Assembly: GCA_964629685.1 (NCBI GenBank) | Contig: CAZVTT010000001.1 | Coordinates: forward strand, 385,319-449,318 | From: an uncultured Gammaproteobacteria bacterium | Lineage (GTDB): Bacteria; Patescibacteriota; Microgenomatia; UBA10105; UBA927 | Direction of reading: 5' to 3' | Length of the DNA: 64,000 bases | Shown: piece by piece, positions 40,300 to 51,126 of the stretch | How the letters are laid out: the number at the start of each line of letters is the position of its first letter | How positions within the stretch are numbered: position 1 is the stretch's first letter | The notes under the pieces: generated by a model | Seen by the model: only the letters and a program-made list of their open reading frames with translations | Told to the model about the DNA's origin: nothing | Databases searched by the model: none | Translations under genes and position numbers: made by a program

Positions 40300-40986
40300 A
40301 TGGGTCAAAAGATTAATCCAAAAGGATTTCGGTTGGGAACAGTCACTACTTGGAGTTCCCGTTGGTTTGCAGACCGGGCACGATATCGGGAGCTTCTTCT
40401 GGAAGATGTCCTGTTACGTCGGGTACTGCATACCCGCCTGAAATCGGCAGGGTTAGCCCAGGTCGAAATTGAACGATCAATCAACAAGATAAAACTGACA
40501 TTACACGTATCGAAACCAGGTATTGTTATCGGTCGGGGTGGAAGCGGACTGGAAGAACTTAAGAAATATGTCGAAGTGTTTTTACGAAAACACCGACAGG
40601 ATGCTACACAGAAGCGATTGATGCGGAAAAACAGTGAGAGCAGTAAGGTTAAAGTTGAGTTATCGGTTGAGCCGGTAAAAGAACCTAATTTGAATGCGTT
40701 TTTAGTAGCAACAAATATTGCAGATCAGCTTACAAGACGAATGCCGCATAAACGAATTTGTAATCAGACACTTGAGCGGGTAATGTCTTCAGGAGCCAGG
40801 GGAGTAAAGATTGCATTATCCGGTCGTATTGCCGGTGCGGAAATTGCCCGCCGTGAAGGGTATAAAACAGGTACTGTTCCGTTATCTACCGTTCGTGAAG
40901 ATGTAGACTACGCATCAGTTCCGTCACTTACGAAGTCTGGATATATTGGGGTAAAAGTTTGGATTTGTCGAAAGTCAGTTAACTAA
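40300..40986 (+). CDS. rpsC: 30S ribosomal protein S3
   Basis: MGQKINPKGFRLG N-terminus and KH domain. Confidence 0.95.
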   Translation: MGQKINPKGFRLGTVTTWSSRWFADRARYRELLLEDVLLRRVLHTRLKSAGLAQVEIERSINKIKLTLHVSKPGIVIGRGGSGLEELKKYVEVFLRKHRQDATQKRLMRKNSESSKVKVELSVEPVKEPNLNAFLVATNIADQLTRRMPHKRICNQTLERVMSSGARGVKIALSGRIAGAEIARREGYKTGTVPLSTVREDVDYASVPSLTKSGYIGVKVWICRKSVN

Positions 40987-40995
40987 AGGAAACGT

Positions 40996-41403
40996 ATGTT
41001 AGCACCTAAACGAGCAAAATTTAGAAAACAATTTCGCGGTAAACGCCGGGGGCTATCGCTTCGGGGATCGAATATTGATTTTGGAAATTTTGGACTTAAA
41101 GCAACAACAGTCGGTTGGGTATCCAGTCGTCAGATTGAAGCAGCCCGACGGGCGTTGACACACTTTACCAAAAGAGGCGGTCGCATCTGGATCCGGATTT
41201 TCCCGGACAAACCGATTACCAAAAAGCCTCCGGAAACCCGTATGGGTAGCGGTAAGGGAGATGTACATGAATATGTTGCAGTCGTCAGACCGGGAAAAAT
41301 CATGTTTGAAATGTCAGGTGTCACACAAGACCAGGCAAAGGAAGCGATGAGACTTGCTTCAGCAAAATTGCCGGTAAAGTCACGGTTCGTTGTTAAGGAA
41401 TAA
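40996..41403 (+). CDS. rplP: 50S ribosomal protein L16
   Basis: [17 protein letters not shown]-terminus. Confidence 0.95.
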   Translation: MLAPKRAKFRKQFRGKRRGLSLRGSNIDFGNFGLKATTVGWVSSRQIEAARRALTHFTKRGGRIWIRIFPDKPITKKPPETRMGSGKGDVHEYVAVVRPGKIMFEMSGVTQDQAKEAMRLASAKLPVKSRFVVKE

Positions 41404-41407
41404 TCGT

Positions 41408-41614
41408 ATGAAACAGAAAGAAAAAACATCATTGAGAGGCATGACGATCGTTGAGTTAAAAAAACAACTCACGGATATGCAACAAAAGCTTGCTGCTTTG
41501 CGCCTTTCACGATATACTAAGCAGTCTAAAAATGTACGTGAATCAAAGGTAATGCGTCAGAAGGTTGCCGTATTATCTTCAATCATCGGTGAGAAGGAGA
41601 CAGCTCATGAATGA
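41408..41614 (+). CDS. rpmC: 50S ribosomal protein L29
   Basis: Start at [25 protein letters not shown] is the typical L29 helix. Confidence 0.85.
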   Translation: MKQKEKTSLRGMTIVELKKQLTDMQQKLAALRLSRYTKQSKNVRESKVMRQKVAVLSSIIGEKETAHE

Positions 41615-41882
41615 TGTTAAGAAAAAAAAGACAACTGAAAACGGTCGGGAACTTATCGGAAAGATCGTTTCCATGAAAATGCAGAAAACGGTTATTGTGG
41701 CGGTGGATCACGTATTTCAACATCCTTTATACAGGAAATCCATGCGAAGAACACGACGGTTCCATGTCCACAATGAAATGACTGATTTAAAAATGGGAGA
41801 TTTTGTAAAAATTTCCGAAACTAAGCCAATAAGCAAAAATATACATTTTATAATTAAAGAAAAAATAGTTTTGAATAAATAA
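41607..41882 (+). CDS. rpsQ: 30S ribosomal protein S17
   Basis: ATG at 41607 with AGGAGA RBS. GKIVSMKMQKTVIVAV OB-fold N-terminus. Overlaps the rpmC stop. Confidence 0.85.
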   Translation: MNDVKKKKTTENGRELIGKIVSMKMQKTVIVAVDHVFQHPLYRKSMRRTRRFHVHNEMTDLKMGDFVKISETKPISKNIHFIIKEKIVLNK

Positions 41883-41885
41883 ATT

Positions 41886-42260
41886 ATGGTACAAGAACGA
41901 TCAGCATTAGTTCCGGCAGATAACTCAGGTGTGCAGCAGATGATTATTACGCACATTTACGGGGCATCAAAAATAAAATTTGCCTATATTGGTGATATCG
42001 TACAATGTGTTGTAAAAAAAGCTGATCCTAACGGGATAGTTAAAGACGATGAGTTGGTAAAAGTAGTTATCGTGAGAACCAAGAAAGAACATCGTCGACC
42101 GGATGGCTCATATATCCGATTTGATGATAATGCCGGTGTCGTTATTGATAATCCTGATGATAAAAATCCGCGGGGGACCCGAGTCTTCGGACCGGTTGCT
42201 CGTGAGCTTAAAGATAAAGGATTTAATAAAATTGTGAGTATGGCACCGGAAGTATATTAA
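41886..42260 (+). CDS. rplN: 50S ribosomal protein L14
   Basis: [17 protein letters not shown]-terminus. Confidence 0.95.
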   Translation: MVQERSALVPADNSGVQQMIITHIYGASKIKFAYIGDIVQCVVKKADPNGIVKDDELVKVVIVRTKKEHRRPDGSYIRFDDNAGVVIDNPDDKNPRGTRVFGPVARELKDKGFNKIVSMAPEVY

Positions 42261-42264
42261 GACT

Positions 42265-42570
42265 ATGAAATTCAAAAAAGGCGATACCATTATTGTTACA
42301 GTCGGTAAAGATAAAGGCAAAAAGGCTAAAATTGAGACCGTTATGCCTAAAGAAAATGCCGTTATCGTTCCGGGTATGAATGTGGTAAAACGTCATATGA
42401 AGCAAAGGGATGAGAGAAATGCCGGTGGCATTATAGAAAAAGCAAAGCCCTTAAATGTTGCAAAAGTAGCTTTGTTATGTCCCAAATGTAACAAACAAAC
42501 CAGAATCGGATATATAGTAGTAAAAGGCGAAAAAGTCCGTATTTGTAAGAAATGTGAACAGAAAATTTAA
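42265..42570 (+). CDS. rplX: 50S ribosomal protein L24
   Basis: MKFKKGDTIIVTVGKDKGK KOW motif. Confidence 0.9.
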   Translation: MKFKKGDTIIVTVGKDKGKKAKIETVMPKENAVIVPGMNVVKRHMKQRDERNAGGIIEKAKPLNVAKVALLCPKCNKQTRIGYIVVKGEKVRICKKCEQKI

Positions 42571-42575
42571 TTCTA

Positions 42576-43130
42576 TTGTGTATGAAACAGATCGAAACTA
42601 AATTAACCGCAGACACCATACTACAAATGCAGCAACGGCTGCAGGTGAAAAATGTGATGGCTGTCCCACACTTGGAGAAAATTGTGGTAAATTGCGGTTT
42701 AGGTGAAGCACTCGGGGATAAAAAAATAATTGAAAAAATGTCTGCTCAACTTGCCATTATTACCGGGCAAAAACCCCGTATTAATACGGCAAAGAAAGCA
42801 ATTTCCAGTTTCAAATTACGTGAAGGTGATGCTATCGGCTTAAAAGTAACCTTACGAAAAAAGAGAATGTATGATTTTATGACAAAGTTGATCAGAATTG
42901 CTTTGCCACGTGTCCGGGATTTTCGCGGTATTCCTGATTCCGGCTTTGATGGACAAGGAAACTATACGTTGGGAGTTCGTGAACAAACGATATTTCCGGA
43001 GTTAGAATACACCATGGTAGATAGAGTACGCGGGTTTGAGATTACTTTTGTGACATCAACAAAAAAAGATGAGCACGCCCGGGAATTACTCACCCTCCTT
43101 GGTTTGCCATTCGAAAAGAAGGCAGCGTAA
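42576..43130 (+). CDS. rplE: 50S ribosomal protein L5
   Basis: L5-like sequence and spc-operon position. Confidence 0.9.
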   Translation: MCMKQIETKLTADTILQMQQRLQVKNVMAVPHLEKIVVNCGLGEALGDKKIIEKMSAQLAIITGQKPRINTAKKAISSFKLREGDAIGLKVTLRKKRMYDFMTKLIRIALPRVRDFRGIPDSGFDGQGNYTLGVREQTIFPELEYTMVDRVRGFEITFVTSTKKDEHARELLTLLGLPFEKKAA

Positions 43131-43150
43131 TGGTGAGTTAAAGGATTAGT

Positions 43151-43336
43151 ATGGCTAAGACATCAAACGTAGTTAAATATTATAAAAAACAAAAATTTGC
43201 CGTTAGGCAGAAAAACCGATGCACACTTTGTGGAAGACCGAAAGCATATATGCGTAAATTCGGAATTTGCCGTATTTGTTTTAGGGGATTGGCTCATAAA
43301 GGAGAATTACCGGGAGTATTAAAAGCATCTTGGTAA
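43151..43336 (+). CDS. rpsN: 30S ribosomal protein S14 type Z (zinc-binding)
   Basis: 61 aa with the CxxCGR...CRIC zinc ribbon. Confidence 0.9.
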   Translation: MAKTSNVVKYYKKQKFAVRQKNRCTLCGRPKAYMRKFGICRICFRGLAHKGELPGVLKASW

Positions 43337-43361
43337 TATAGATTTTTATTAAATAATTATT

Positions 43362-43754
43362 ATGGTGACAGATCCAATTGCTGACATGTTAATACAAATA
43401 AAGAATGCCTCTATGGCTTCGAAACGTGAAGTGGTATTACCGTTCTCACGTATGAAGCACGAAGTTGCTTCAATCCTGGTCAAAGAAGGGTACCTTGAGT
43501 CAGCAAGCAAAACAGGAAAAGAACCGAAGACGTCTTTACGACTTATGTTGAGATACAAAGATAAAATGACCGTAATTACGGATGTCCGACGCCGCAGTAA
43601 GCCGGGACTCCGCGTGTACGTCAACAAAGACAGTATTCCCCGGGTACTCGGTGGTGTAGGAATGGCGATTCTGTCTACTCCTCAGGGAGTAATGACGGAT
43701 ATGGAAGCAAGAAAACGAGGTATAGGCGGAGAACTTTTGTGTGAAATTTGGTAA
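43362..43754 (+). CDS. rpsH: 30S ribosomal protein S8
   Basis: MVTDPIADMLIQIKNA N-terminus. Confidence 0.95.
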   Translation: MVTDPIADMLIQIKNASMASKREVVLPFSRMKHEVASILVKEGYLESASKTGKEPKTSLRLMLRYKDKMTVITDVRRRSKPGLRVYVNKDSIPRVLGGVGMAILSTPQGVMTDMEARKRGIGGELLCEIW

Positions 43755-43759
43755 ATATT

Positions 43760-44311
43760 ATGTCACGAATAGGTAACGCACCAATTCAAATACCGACTAC
43801 AGTCACTGTTGCCGTAACAAGCAGTGAAGTCAAAGTACAGGGTCCGAAAGGAAATACTGTATTACCATTGCCGTACGGAGTTTCCGTTTCCGTTGATAAT
43901 CAGACTATTCATGTGAAACGGAACGGTGAAAGTCGTTCCATGAAAGCGCTGCATGGTGTTATCCGTGCAGAGCTTGCGAATGATATCTATGGAGTAACTG
44001 AAGGATGGAAGAAAACACTGGAATTATCAGGTGTAGGATATAGGGCAAGTTTGGCTGGAGCAAATTTGGTTTTATCCGTTGGATTTTCGCATCAAATTAC
44101 CATAGAACCGCCGACGGGAATTCAGTTTGCAATTGTTGACGGAAAAATTGTTGTCAGCGGCATAGATAAGCAAGTCGTTGGTCAAGTTGCAGCAAATGTT
44201 CATGCAGTAAAAGAACCTGAACCATATAAGGGTAAAGGAATCAAGTATCAGGGTGAGAGAATTCGTAAAAAAGCCGGAAAGTCGGCAAAAGCAGTAGGAG
44301 GAGGGAAATAA
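43760..44311 (+). CDS. rplF: 50S ribosomal protein L6
   Basis: Start at MSRIGNAPIQIP (43760), typical of L6. Confidence 0.9.
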   Translation: MSRIGNAPIQIPTTVTVAVTSSEVKVQGPKGNTVLPLPYGVSVSVDNQTIHVKRNGESRSMKALHGVIRAELANDIYGVTEGWKKTLELSGVGYRASLAGANLVLSVGFSHQITIEPPTGIQFAIVDGKIVVSGIDKQVVGQVAANVHAVKEPEPYKGKGIKYQGERIRKKAGKSAKAVGGGK

Positions 44312-44326
44312 TACTTCCTGAATGCT

Positions 44327-44665
44327 ATGGATACTAATCGAAAAAAACATAAATTGGCAATTCATCGTAAACGTCGGATTCGAGCTAAAGTAAGTGGAGC
44401 AGCTGATCGTCCAAGGTTAGTGGTTCACCGCTCTAACCAGGCTCTATATGTTCAGCTCGTAAATGATGATAAAGGGATTACTGTGGTTTCACAGTCAAGT
44501 AAGAAAAAAAATAAAGAGGCTGCACGGGAACTCGGACTACGAATTGCTAAAGTTGCCAAAGAAAAAGGCATATCCGCAGTAGTATTTGATCGTGGTGGGT
44601 ATAAATACCACGGAAGTATCAAAGAGTTGGCAGATGCCGCTCGCGAGGGAGGACTACAGTTTTAA
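44327..44665 (+). CDS. rplR: 50S ribosomal protein L18
   Basis: L18-like sequence and position. Confidence 0.9.
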   Translation: MDTNRKKHKLAIHRKRRIRAKVSGAADRPRLVVHRSNQALYVQLVNDDKGITVVSQSSKKKNKEAARELGLRIAKVAKEKGISAVVFDRGGYKYHGSIKELADAAREGGLQF

Positions 44666-44668
44666 TCT

Positions 44669-45172
44669 ATGAAATACCAACAATCATCACATGATCATAA
44701 TATGCCACGGGAATTTGAAGAAAAAATCGTTCAAGTTAATCGTGTTTCCAAAAAAACAAAAGGTGGAAATAAAATTAGTTTTTCCGTTCTGGTCGTTGTC
44801 GGTGACAAAAAAGGGCGGGTTGGAGTCGGATTGGGAAGCGCTCCTGATGTTGCTTCCTCAGTTCGGAAGGCAGTCGGATATGCAAAGAAACACTTAATTA
44901 CCGTTCCAATGAAGGGGAAAACCATTCCTCACGAAGTACGTGTAAAACGCGGAGCAGCTCAAATACTATTAAAACCAGCGCCTCCGGGAAGCGGTGTTAT
45001 TGCAGGTGGTGCTGTGAGAGCAGTGGTAGAAGCTGCAGGTATCCGTGATATTGTTTCAAAAATTCTCGGAAGTAAGAATCAGGCGTCAAACGTATATGCG
45101 ACGATTGAAGCCCTAAAACATTTTAAGGTTCGAGTTCGTCCGCAAAGGCCGGAGGGACAGCAAACCGCTTAA
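44669..45172 (+). CDS. rpsE: 30S ribosomal protein S5
   Basis: [32 protein letters not shown] signature. Confidence 0.95.
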   Translation: MKYQQSSHDHNMPREFEEKIVQVNRVSKKTKGGNKISFSVLVVVGDKKGRVGVGLGSAPDVASSVRKAVGYAKKHLITVPMKGKTIPHEVRVKRGAAQILLKPAPPGSGVIAGGAVRAVVEAAGIRDIVSKILGSKNQASNVYATIEALKHFKVRVRPQRPEGQQTA

Positions 45173-45177
45173 TTTAT

Positions 45178-45621
45178 ATGAATACATTGTTAACTCAATC
45201 TATTGTACAGAAATCCAAAAAACGGATTGGTAGAGGCCATGGATCGGGGAAAGTTAAAACTTCCGGTCGCGGTACCAAGGGACAAAAATCTCGCGGGAAA
45301 CTACCACCGGGTTTTGAAGGTGGACAATTATCTATTATTAAACGGTTACCGTTATTGCGGGGTAAAGGCCGGAACCATAGTCAAGCCGGTAAAGCAGTAA
45401 CATTACCAGTAGCGCGTTTATTGCATATTCCCACGGGAACGGAAATTACGTTACAATTATTACAGGAAAAGAAAGTCGTTGATATAAAGACAAAAAAAGT
45501 TAAAATTGTCGGTCCTGTTTCGGGAACATTACCCAAATGGACAGTAAAAGTTGCATGTTCACAAAGCGTGATTGATGCAATTAAGACCGCCGGGGGATCA
45601 GTTATCGCACAACATGAATAA
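45178..45621 (+). CDS. rplO: 50S ribosomal protein L15
   Basis: [22 protein letters not shown] signature. It follows rpsE after 5 nt, with no rpmD (L30) between them. Confidence 0.95.
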   Translation: MNTLLTQSIVQKSKKRIGRGHGSGKVKTSGRGTKGQKSRGKLPPGFEGGQLSIIKRLPLLRGKGRNHSQAGKAVTLPVARLLHIPTGTEITLQLLQEKKVVDIKTKKVKIVGPVSGTLPKWTVKVACSQSVIDAIKTAGGSVIAQHE

Positions 45622-46903
45622 GTTGGTTCAGTTACTCAGTAACTGTTGGAAAACACCTGAATTAAGACGGAAAATCCTTATTACCGCAGGTTTGATTGTC
45701 GTATTTAGAATTTTTGCCCATATTCCTCTCCCCGGTGTAGATCGTGAAAAATTAGCTTTGTTATTTACTCAGAATCAATTCCTCGGATTATTGGATATAT
45801 TTTCAGGTGGAACTTTACTGAATTTCTCCATTATGGCCTTGGGGTTAAACCCATACATTAATGCTTCGATTATTATGCAGTTGTTAACAATTGTATTTCC
45901 AAAACTTGAAGAACTGCAGAAAGAAGGAGAGTTCGGCAGGGAGAAAATAAACCAGTATACTCGCTTTATTACCGTTCCTCTGGCGGCACTACAGTCTGTT
46001 GGCATGTACGCGCTGCTGCGGAATCAGGGAATAGTTGCTACGTTCAACCCCCTTACGTTAATAAGCGTTATGGTAACAATGACTGCAGGTACATTGTTTG
46101 TGATGTGGCTGGGTGAATTGATCACAGAATATGGTGTCGGTAATGGGATTTCTCTTTTGATTTTTGCCGGTATAGTCGGAAGACTGCCGGTCGTGTTTGG
46201 ACAGGCGATTACCACCCTTTCTTCGGAATCGGTTACCAATTTTATCCTTTTAGGCGCGATTGGCGTCATGGTTATTGCTGCAACGGTGTATATTAATGAA
46301 GCAGTACGGCGAGTAACAGTGAATTATGCCAGACGAGTAAGAGGTAATAAAATATACGGCGGAAATACGTCATATCTGCCGTTAAAAGTGAATCAAGCCG
46401 GTGTTATTCCCATTATATTTGCCGTCTCACTAGTATTGCTTCCGTCTCTAATGGGTGGATTTTTAACACAAGTCCAGAATCCGATAATTGCAAATGTGGG
46501 AAGATTTTTTACTTCCGTGTTTAACCCGAACGGACCTTGGTACAATATAATTTATTTTATTCTGGTAATTGGTTTTACCTACTTTTATACCGCGATTACG
46601 TTCGATCCTAAAAAAATATCTGGTGAAATTCAGAAACATGGTGGATTTATTCCCGGTATACGACCGGGTACTCCTACCGCAAATTATTTGAACTATATTC
46701 TTACACGTATCACTCTTGCAGGTGCGTTATTTCTGGGATTGGTTGCTATTCTTCCGTCATTCGCCCGTGGTATAACCGGTGTCACCACGCTTCTGGTCGG
46801 AGGTACCGGGATTCTTATCGTTGTCTCTGTAGTTCTGGAAACCGTGAAAGCACTCGAAGCTCAATTAGTTATGAGAAATTACGAAGGCTTCCTTAAGGAG
46901 TAA
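45614..46903 (+). CDS. secY: preprotein translocase subunit SecY
   Basis: Start at MNKLVQLL overlapping the rplO stop. Ten TM segments and a SecY plug/hinge region. Confidence 0.95.
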   Translation: MNKLVQLLSNCWKTPELRRKILITAGLIVVFRIFAHIPLPGVDREKLALLFTQNQFLGLLDIFSGGTLLNFSIMALGLNPYINASIIMQLLTIVFPKLEELQKEGEFGREKINQYTRFITVPLAALQSVGMYALLRNQGIVATFNPLTLISVMVTMTAGTLFVMWLGELITEYGVGNGISLLIFAGIVGRLPVVFGQAITTLSSESVTNFILLGAIGVMVIAATVYINEAVRRVTVNYARRVRGNKIYGGNTSYLPLKVNQAGVIPIIFAVSLVLLPSLMGGFLTQVQNPIIANVGRFFTSVFNPNGPWYNIIYFILVIGFTYFYTAITFDPKKISGEIQKHGGFIPGIRPGTPTANYLNYILTRITLAGALFLGLVAILPSFARGITGVTTLLVGGTGILIVVSVVLETVKALEAQLVMRNYEGFLKE

Positions 46904-46974
46904 ATTCAACCCATACTTCGCAAATCCTGTTACCTGAATACAGTATTTGTGTGTATTGGTTGAAATACATTCAT

Positions 46975-47574
46975 ATGCATGTCGTATTCTATGGTCCGGA
47001 AGGTTCTGGTAAAGGGACGCAGGCAAAATTGTTAAGTGAAAAGCTTAATTTGCCCATTCTTACTTCGGGTGATTTAGTTCGCGATGCAGCAGCAAATGAC
47101 AAAGGTATTATCGGAGAAGTATGCCGTCAATCACTGGCAGAGGGGAAATATGTTGCAGATAGTGAAATGTTTGTTCTCTGGAAATGGCGGTTAAAGGAAG
47201 AGGATGCAAAAGGCGGTTGGATTATGGATGGCTTTCCCAGGAATCTGGAACAGGCTAAATTCCTTGACGACAAGATAGATAAGTATGGGTATAAAATTGA
47301 AAAAGCAATTTATCTGAATTTAACTGAACAGGAATCGATGGAAAGACTTCTTAAACGTGCAAGGCCGCTTCATCCCGGCAGTACCGAGTTACATGATTCA
47401 CCGGAAAGAATAAAAAGCCGGTTAGCGATCTATAAAGAAGGTGAAAAAGACGTACTGAATTATTATCGTGAAAAAGGTGTGTTAACGGAAATTAGTGCCA
47501 ATTCGTCAATTGAAGAAGTACATCAGTCTATTATGAAGCTATTTGAGGGAATGCAGATTCCCCAACCAAAGTAA
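46975..47574 (+). CDS. adk: adenylate kinase
   Basis: Start at MHVVFYGPEGSGKGTQA (P-loop), with a LID and NMP-binding domain. Confidence 0.9.
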   Translation: MHVVFYGPEGSGKGTQAKLLSEKLNLPILTSGDLVRDAAANDKGIIGEVCRQSLAEGKYVADSEMFVLWKWRLKEEDAKGGWIMDGFPRNLEQAKFLDDKIDKYGYKIEKAIYLNLTEQESMERLLKRARPLHPGSTELHDSPERIKSRLAIYKEGEKDVLNYYREKGVLTEISANSSIEEVHQSIMKLFEGMQIPQPK

Positions 47575-47579
47575 TATCC

Positions 47580-48284
47580 ATGCCAGCAGTGTCACCTAAG
47601 CCGTTACAAATTGCCATAGACGGGCCGGTTGGTTCCGGGAAGAGTGATATCTCGGCGCGTTTAGCAAAGGAGCTTGGGCTGGTTTACTTCTATACTGGAG
47701 CGATGTATAGAGCGGTTGCCTATGCATGCATCCAGAACGGTATTCCGTTTAAAGATGTACACGCGGTAACCGATTTATTGCAGAATATTCGGGTTGAATT
47801 AGTACAGCCTGACCCGGAAAGCCATCGTGCGTTTAAAGTTTTACTTGATGGGCGTGATGTGACGGAATCTTTATTTCAACCTGATGTAGATCACGGAAGC
47901 TCGGATGTAAGTACTATTGCTGAAGTCAGAGCATTCATGGTAAATAAACAAAAAGAAATGGCTCAGGGTAAGTCTGTCGTTATGGAAGGCCGTGATATTG
48001 GTTTAAGAGTGCTTCCGGACGCTCAGCTAAAAATTTACTTAACTGCAAATTTACGGGAACGGGCAAACAGAAGGTATTTACAGTGGATAGATCGGGGAGT
48101 AACCAATAAAACACTTGAAGATGCAGTTACTGAAACAGCCTCGCGCGATGATCAGGATATGCATAGACAGGTTGACCCGTTGCAAAAATTACCGGAAGCT
48201 TGGGAACTGGATACCACGGGATTAACTCAGGATGAAGTTGTAGCACGTATTCACGACGAACTAATTACTCGAAATTTATTATGA
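47580..48284 (+). CDS. cmk: cytidylate kinase
   Basis: IAIDGPVGSGKSDISARLAKELGLVYFYTGAMYRA matches the Cmk P-loop and CMP-binding region. Confidence 0.85.
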   Translation: MPAVSPKPLQIAIDGPVGSGKSDISARLAKELGLVYFYTGAMYRAVAYACIQNGIPFKDVHAVTDLLQNIRVELVQPDPESHRAFKVLLDGRDVTESLFQPDVDHGSSDVSTIAEVRAFMVNKQKEMAQGKSVVMEGRDIGLRVLPDAQLKIYLTANLRERANRRYLQWIDRGVTNKTLEDAVTETASRDDQDMHRQVDPLQKLPEAWELDTTGLTQDEVVARIHDELITRNLL

Positions 48285-49084
48285 TTCGACCAAAAAATGC
48301 GGATGAATTGCACCGGATGCGTATCGGTGGACATAAATTAGGTATTGTACTCGATGAATTGCTGGCCATGGCAATACCCGGTGTGACACTTACTGAAATA
48401 GAAGAACGGTCTCAGAAAAGGATTAAGGAACTAGGTGGTACTCCTTCCTTTCAGACGGTAGAAGACTATAAGTGGTCAACCTGCCTGTGCGTAAATGAGG
48501 CAGTAGTTCATGGTATACCCACACCGTATGCTCTGCAAATAGGCGATGTTCTGACTATTGATGTCGGAATGCTTTACGAAGGATTACATACGGATACAGC
48601 TTGGACAAAAATTATTACGGATGGAAAAACCGGGCTTGATCCAGAAAAGATACGGTTACTGGAAGTAGGTAAACAGGCATTAGCTCAAGCACTCCTGCAA
48701 GCAAAACACGGCAACAGAATAGGGAACATTTCGGAAGTTATCCAGAAAACAGTAGAAGGTGCTGGATTCAGTATCATCAAATCGTTAGTTGGTCACGGGG
48801 TAGGGTACGAACTTCATGAAGATCCTCAGATTCCGGGTTTCGTACGGGGGGCAATAGGAAATACTATGAAGCTGGAAAAAGGAATGACGATCGCTGTGGA
48901 AATTATCTATGCAGCTGGTGGAGGGGCGATAGTATATGAGAATAATGACGGTTGGACGCTTTCCACGAAGGACCGTTCACTGTCATCTGTGTTTGAACAT
49001 ACTATTGCTATTACGGATGGTGAGCCGGAAATTTTATCAGTTTCTGAGGCTACGGCCGTGATTTACCCTTCTCTAAAAAAATGA
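48281..49084 (+). CDS. map: methionine aminopeptidase type I
   Basis: Pita-bread fold metal ligands (D...D...H...E...E pattern). Overlaps the cmk stop. Confidence 0.9.
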   Translation: MIRPKNADELHRMRIGGHKLGIVLDELLAMAIPGVTLTEIEERSQKRIKELGGTPSFQTVEDYKWSTCLCVNEAVVHGIPTPYALQIGDVLTIDVGMLYEGLHTDTAWTKIITDGKTGLDPEKIRLLEVGKQALAQALLQAKHGNRIGNISEVIQKTVEGAGFSIIKSLVGHGVGYELHEDPQIPGFVRGAIGNTMKLEKGMTIAVEIIYAAGGGAIVYENNDGWTLSTKDRSLSSVFEHTIAITDGEPEILSVSEATAVIYPSLKK

Positions 49085-49108
49085 CAAAGGTAAAATTCAA
49101 GGTCAGTG

Positions 49109-49137
49109 TTGACCAAATGAGAAAAGTGAGGTAAAAT
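49109..49137 (+). promoter_or_regulatory. sigma70-like promoter upstream of infA
   Basis: TTGACC-N17-TAAAAT. Confidence 0.45.
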
Positions 49138-49147
49138 ATTGTCCTTA

Positions 49148-49190
49148 GCTCGGGTGCCCCGAGAAAGGGAAGAAACCCGACATTTTTTAC
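49148..49190 (+). terminator. terminator-like structured element in infA leader
   Basis: TCGGGT...ACCCGA stem enclosing an inner CCC/GGG helix, followed by CA and TTTTTT. An alternative short hairpin CTCGGG-TGC-CCCGAG competes for the same 5' arm. Confidence 0.4.
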
Positions 49191-49212
49191 GTGGGATTGT
49201 AGGTATTTACAT

Positions 49213-49437
49213 ATGGATGTGAGTCAACCGCAGAGGATTGAAGTTGAAGGTGAAGTAAGAGAATGTTTGCCCAATACATTGTTTCGGGTGAAGTTGCCAA
49301 ATGGCAGAATTGTTCTTTGTCATCTGTCTGGTAAGATGCGTTTAAATTTTATCAGAATAATGCCGGGCGATCGTGTAAAATTGGAAATGACGCCGTATGA
49401 TCCGGCAAAAGGCAGAATTACCTACCGAATGAAATAA
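49213..49437 (+). CDS. infA: translation initiation factor IF-1
   Basis: S1-like OB fold, [23 protein letters not shown]... Confidence 0.95.
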   Translation: MDVSQPQRIEVEGEVRECLPNTLFRVKLPNGRIVLCHLSGKMRLNFIRIMPGDRVKLEMTPYDPAKGRITYRMK

Positions 49438-49442
49438 AACGT

Positions 49443-49556
49443 ATGAAAGTTCGAGCAAGTGCAAAAGTTATTTGTAATAAATGTAAAGTTGTACGTCGAC
49501 GGGGACGTATTTACGTTATTTGTGACAATCCAAAGCACAAACAACGACAAGGTTAA
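49443..49556 (+). CDS. rpmJ: 50S ribosomal protein L36 (not in ORF track, 37 aa)
   Basis: [37 protein letters not shown] has the zinc-ribbon C...C...C...H and sits at the canonical infA-rpmJ-rpsM position. Confidence 0.9.
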   Translation: MKVRASAKVICNKCKVVRRRGRIYVICDNPKHKQRQG

Positions 49557-49561
49557 TTATT

Positions 49562-49969
49562 ATGGCACGTATTTCAGGAGTTGATTTACCAAACGAAAAA
49601 CGATTAGATATTGCTTTAACGTATATTTACGGCATTGGACGCGTAAATGTAGCTACCGTACTCTCTGAATCGCAACTGGAAGGTTCACGACGCGTTAAAA
49701 CCCTCACTGATGAAGAAGTGAATAAAATTGCCAAAGTTATTGAAAAAAACTTCATTGTAGAAGGAGATCTCCGCAGACAAATTGCTGATACAATAAAACG
49801 ATTGCGCGAAATTAATTCATACCGCGGGATTCGTCATGCACGGAGTCTTCCTGTCCGTGGACAAAGAACCCGTTCAAATGGTAGAACAAAACGCGGTAAA
49901 CGAGTTACTATCGGAGCAATGAAGAAAGAAGATCGTGCTAAAGCAGCACCGGCACCGGAAAAGAAATAA
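49562..49969 (+). CDS. rpsM: 30S ribosomal protein S13
   Basis: MARISGVDLP N-terminus. Confidence 0.95.
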   Translation: MARISGVDLPNEKRLDIALTYIYGIGRVNVATVLSESQLEGSRRVKTLTDEEVNKIAKVIEKNFIVEGDLRRQIADTIKRLREINSYRGIRHARSLPVRGQRTRSNGRTKRGKRVTIGAMKKEDRAKAAPAPEKK

Positions 49970-49991
49970 TTTTCGATTTAAATAATTTATT

Positions 49992-50363
49992 ATGGCAATA
50001 AAAAAACAAGTCAAGGTAGTAGAAAAAGGAAAAGTGTTTATTACTGCGACATTTAACAACACGATTGTGACCATTACCGACTCTGAAGGAAATACATTGT
50101 GTTGGGGGTCATCAGGGATGGTTGGATTTAAAGGCGCTAGAAAGTCTACTCCGTTTGCTGCCACGACTGCTGTCGAAACAGTGGCACGAAAGGCTCAGGT
50201 CCATGGTCTCCGAGAAGTTGAGGTATACATAAAAGGACCGGGAGCGGGAAGAGATGCCGCACTAAGAGCATTAAAATCTGTAGGTTTGGGTATTACTTTA
50301 ATTGCAGATGTGACGCCGATTCCGCATAACGGTTTACGGCCGAAGAAAAAACGCAGAGTATAA
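49992..50363 (+). CDS. rpsK: 30S ribosomal protein S11
   Basis: S11-like sequence ([17 protein letters not shown]). Confidence 0.95.
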   Translation: MAIKKQVKVVEKGKVFITATFNNTIVTITDSEGNTLCWGSSGMVGFKGARKSTPFAATTAVETVARKAQVHGLREVEVYIKGPGAGRDAALRALKSVGLGITLIADVTPIPHNGLRPKKKRRV

Positions 50364-50421
50364 ACGGTAAATTAATAGGATGAGTAATTCTATTATTTTG
50401 AGAAATTTATTTTAATTTATT

Positions 50422-51042
50422 ATGGGACGATATACTGGACCAAAAAATAGACAGGCACGACGAGAAGGTATGGATCTTGGACAGAAAACTGTAGGCTCCA
50501 AGTCTCACGCTAATTTGTTGCGACGTCTAAATGTGCCACCGGGACAACATGGTCCGAAAGGCCGCCGTAAAGTTACGGATTTCGGTACGCAACTACGTGA
50601 AAAACAAAAAGTGAAACGAATGTATGGGTTACTCGAACGTCAATTCCGACGCAATTTTGAAATGGCGAAAACCTGGAAAGGGAATACGGGAGAAAAATTG
50701 CTGGAATTCATGGAGCGACGTTTAGATAATTTGTTATACCGGATTTCTTTTGCTCCTACGCGGGCTGCAGCCAGACAAATGGTTTCACATGGTCATGTCA
50801 TGATAGACGGCAAGAAGCTTTCTATCCCATCATATCAAGTAAACATCGGAGAAGTAATTACTCTTAAAGCCAAGGCTTTAGAGATTCCGGCAGTAAAGAA
50901 ATTATTGGACGAGAAAAACATTAAAGTACCGGAATGGATCGAACGGAAGGGTCCCGTTGCAAAAATAGTCCGTTTGCCAGTTCGGACAGATATTTCAGAA
51001 GATATTAACGAACAACTCATTGTTGAACACTATTCGCGGTAA
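50422..51042 (+). CDS. rpsD: 30S ribosomal protein S4
   Basis: MGRYTGPKNRQARREG N-terminus and S4 domain. Confidence 0.95.
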   Translation: MGRYTGPKNRQARREGMDLGQKTVGSKSHANLLRRLNVPPGQHGPKGRRKVTDFGTQLREKQKVKRMYGLLERQFRRNFEMAKTWKGNTGEKLLEFMERRLDNLLYRISFAPTRAAARQMVSHGHVMIDGKKLSIPSYQVNIGEVITLKAKALEIPAVKKLLDEKNIKVPEWIERKGPVAKIVRLPVRTDISEDINEQLIVEHYSR

Positions 51043-51126
51043 GGAGGGAGCGGCTTAGGAGATTGCCTTGTAGGCAGGAAATGGATATACATTTTTGCCA
51101 GCAAGAATCCCTAACGTCATTTACCT

